The notes beneath the pieces were generated by a model. The model saw only the letters and a program-made list of their open reading frames with translations, was not told where the DNA came from and did not search any database. A stretch of 64,000 nucleotides of DNA from an uncultured Rivularia sp. (GTDB lineage Bacteria > Cyanobacteriota > Cyanobacteriia > Cyanobacteriales > Nostocaceae), in NCBI GenBank assembly GCA_963665115.1, contig OY762007.1, forward strand, positions 2,528,001-2,592,000. The letters are read 5' to 3'. Below, piece by piece: positions 63,016-64,000 of the stretch; within the stretch, counting starts at the first letter, position 1; each line of letters opens with the position of its first letter. Both the position numbers and the translations under genes were made by a program.

Positions 63016-63130
63016 ATGATATCAAATAACTTTTCTTAAGATAGCACTTAGCACCAATAACTACATTAATCTTTCGTGAAGAGTGTTATTCAAAAAGGGA
63101 AATCATAATTTGCTCAGACAATTTATTACT

Positions 63131-63880
63131 ATGATTAATCCCAGTGAAGTCTACGATTTAATGTTGGATTATGCTACTGAAAAGACTCAAATAAAAGAAA
63201 TTATCATCGGTTTAACTTGGACTTTATGTTTAGCCGAAGGTGCTGGTTTATGCATGAGTCCGGGAATGCTGACTCGCACTTTACCTTTTTCAGGAAATTT
63301 AGTAAATAAACCAATTTCCGATTTAGCTCCTTGGTTGCGTTCGTGGAATCCCTATCAAGCAACTATAGGTATGGCTGCGATTAATTCTATAATAAATTCT
63401 TCTTCAAAATTACCTGATACTGGTACGCTTTTATCTCCAGATAGTTCGGCAAATTTAGCAGTATTCGAGCATTTTTTACCTCAAATTCGCAACAAAAACG
63501 TTTGCATAATTGGACGCTATCCGGGATTAAATAAGTATTCCGAAGAAATGCAAATGAAAGTAATAGAATTGAATCCGGGGCCAGAAGATTTCCCCGCACC
63601 AGCTTCAGAATATTTGCTCCCAGAAGCCGAATGGGTATTTTTAACTGCAACTTCTATTGCTAATAAAACATTTCCTCGCTTAGTTCAATTAGCAAAAAAT
63701 TCTAAATTAGTTTTAATGGGACCAACTCTTCCTTGGTTGCCAGAATTAAAACAATTAGGAATCGATTATTTAGCAGGAGTTAAAGTTACTAATTTACCAG
63801 CTTTAAGAGAAACGGTTGCAGAAGGAGGTGGTGTGAGAATCTTTGAAACTGGTATTCAATATAGTGTAGTTGAGTTGTGA
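63131..63880 (+). CDS. DUF364/DUF4213 Rossmann-like (putative heavy-metal chelation) protein
   Basis: IGLTWT, IGMAAINS, IIGRYPG, TATSIANKT and MGPT. Confidence 0.8.
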   Translation: MINPSEVYDLMLDYATEKTQIKEIIIGLTWTLCLAEGAGLCMSPGMLTRTLPFSGNLVNKPISDLAPWLRSWNPYQATIGMAAINSIINSSSKLPDTGTLLSPDSSANLAVFEHFLPQIRNKNVCIIGRYPGLNKYSEEMQMKVIELNPGPEDFPAPASEYLLPEAEWVFLTATSIANKTFPRLVQLAKNSKLVLMGPTLPWLPELKQLGIDYLAGVKVTNLPALRETVAEGGGVRIFETGIQYSVVEL

Positions 63881-64000
63881 ATGAGAATTAGGAGTGAGTT
63901 ATTATATTTCTAAATTAATATTTTGCACCTACACCCTATAAGGGTGAGGCTACACAAACAAAGCCTGCCTACGCAGGCTAATAATCCGAGAAATTAATAC

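Overview
AT-rich chromosomal segment of a filamentous cyanobacterium, probably heterocystous (Nostocales-like). Evidence: nblA, pphA, pedR, cyanoexosortase A, the flv4-sll0218-flv2 operon, frequent HIP1 octamers (GCGATCGC) and STRR-type heptamer repeats. Most genes are housekeeping, signalling or envelope genes. I found no rRNA, tRNA, CRISPR array or prophage. The best candidate for an undescribed system is an oxylipin locus at about 38.3-42.3 kb: a lipoxygenase, an atypical P450 lacking the I-helix acid-alcohol pair (CYP74-like peroxide chemistry inferred) and an uncharacterised protein, next to a TetR regulator and two amidases. Other notable features: a type II restriction-modification cassette bounded by a 90-bp direct repeat of the neighbouring gene's 5' end; a RAYT pseudogene inside its REP arrays; a TA-targeting MITE that cuts 14 codons off rfbB; a roughly 480-bp patchwork of three gene 3' ends; a strongly structured candidate RNA downstream of pedR; and a recR that needs a non-canonical start. 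Five to six frameshifts are all +1 homopolymer extensions and are probably sequencing errors. All family calls come from motif recognition, not database searches.
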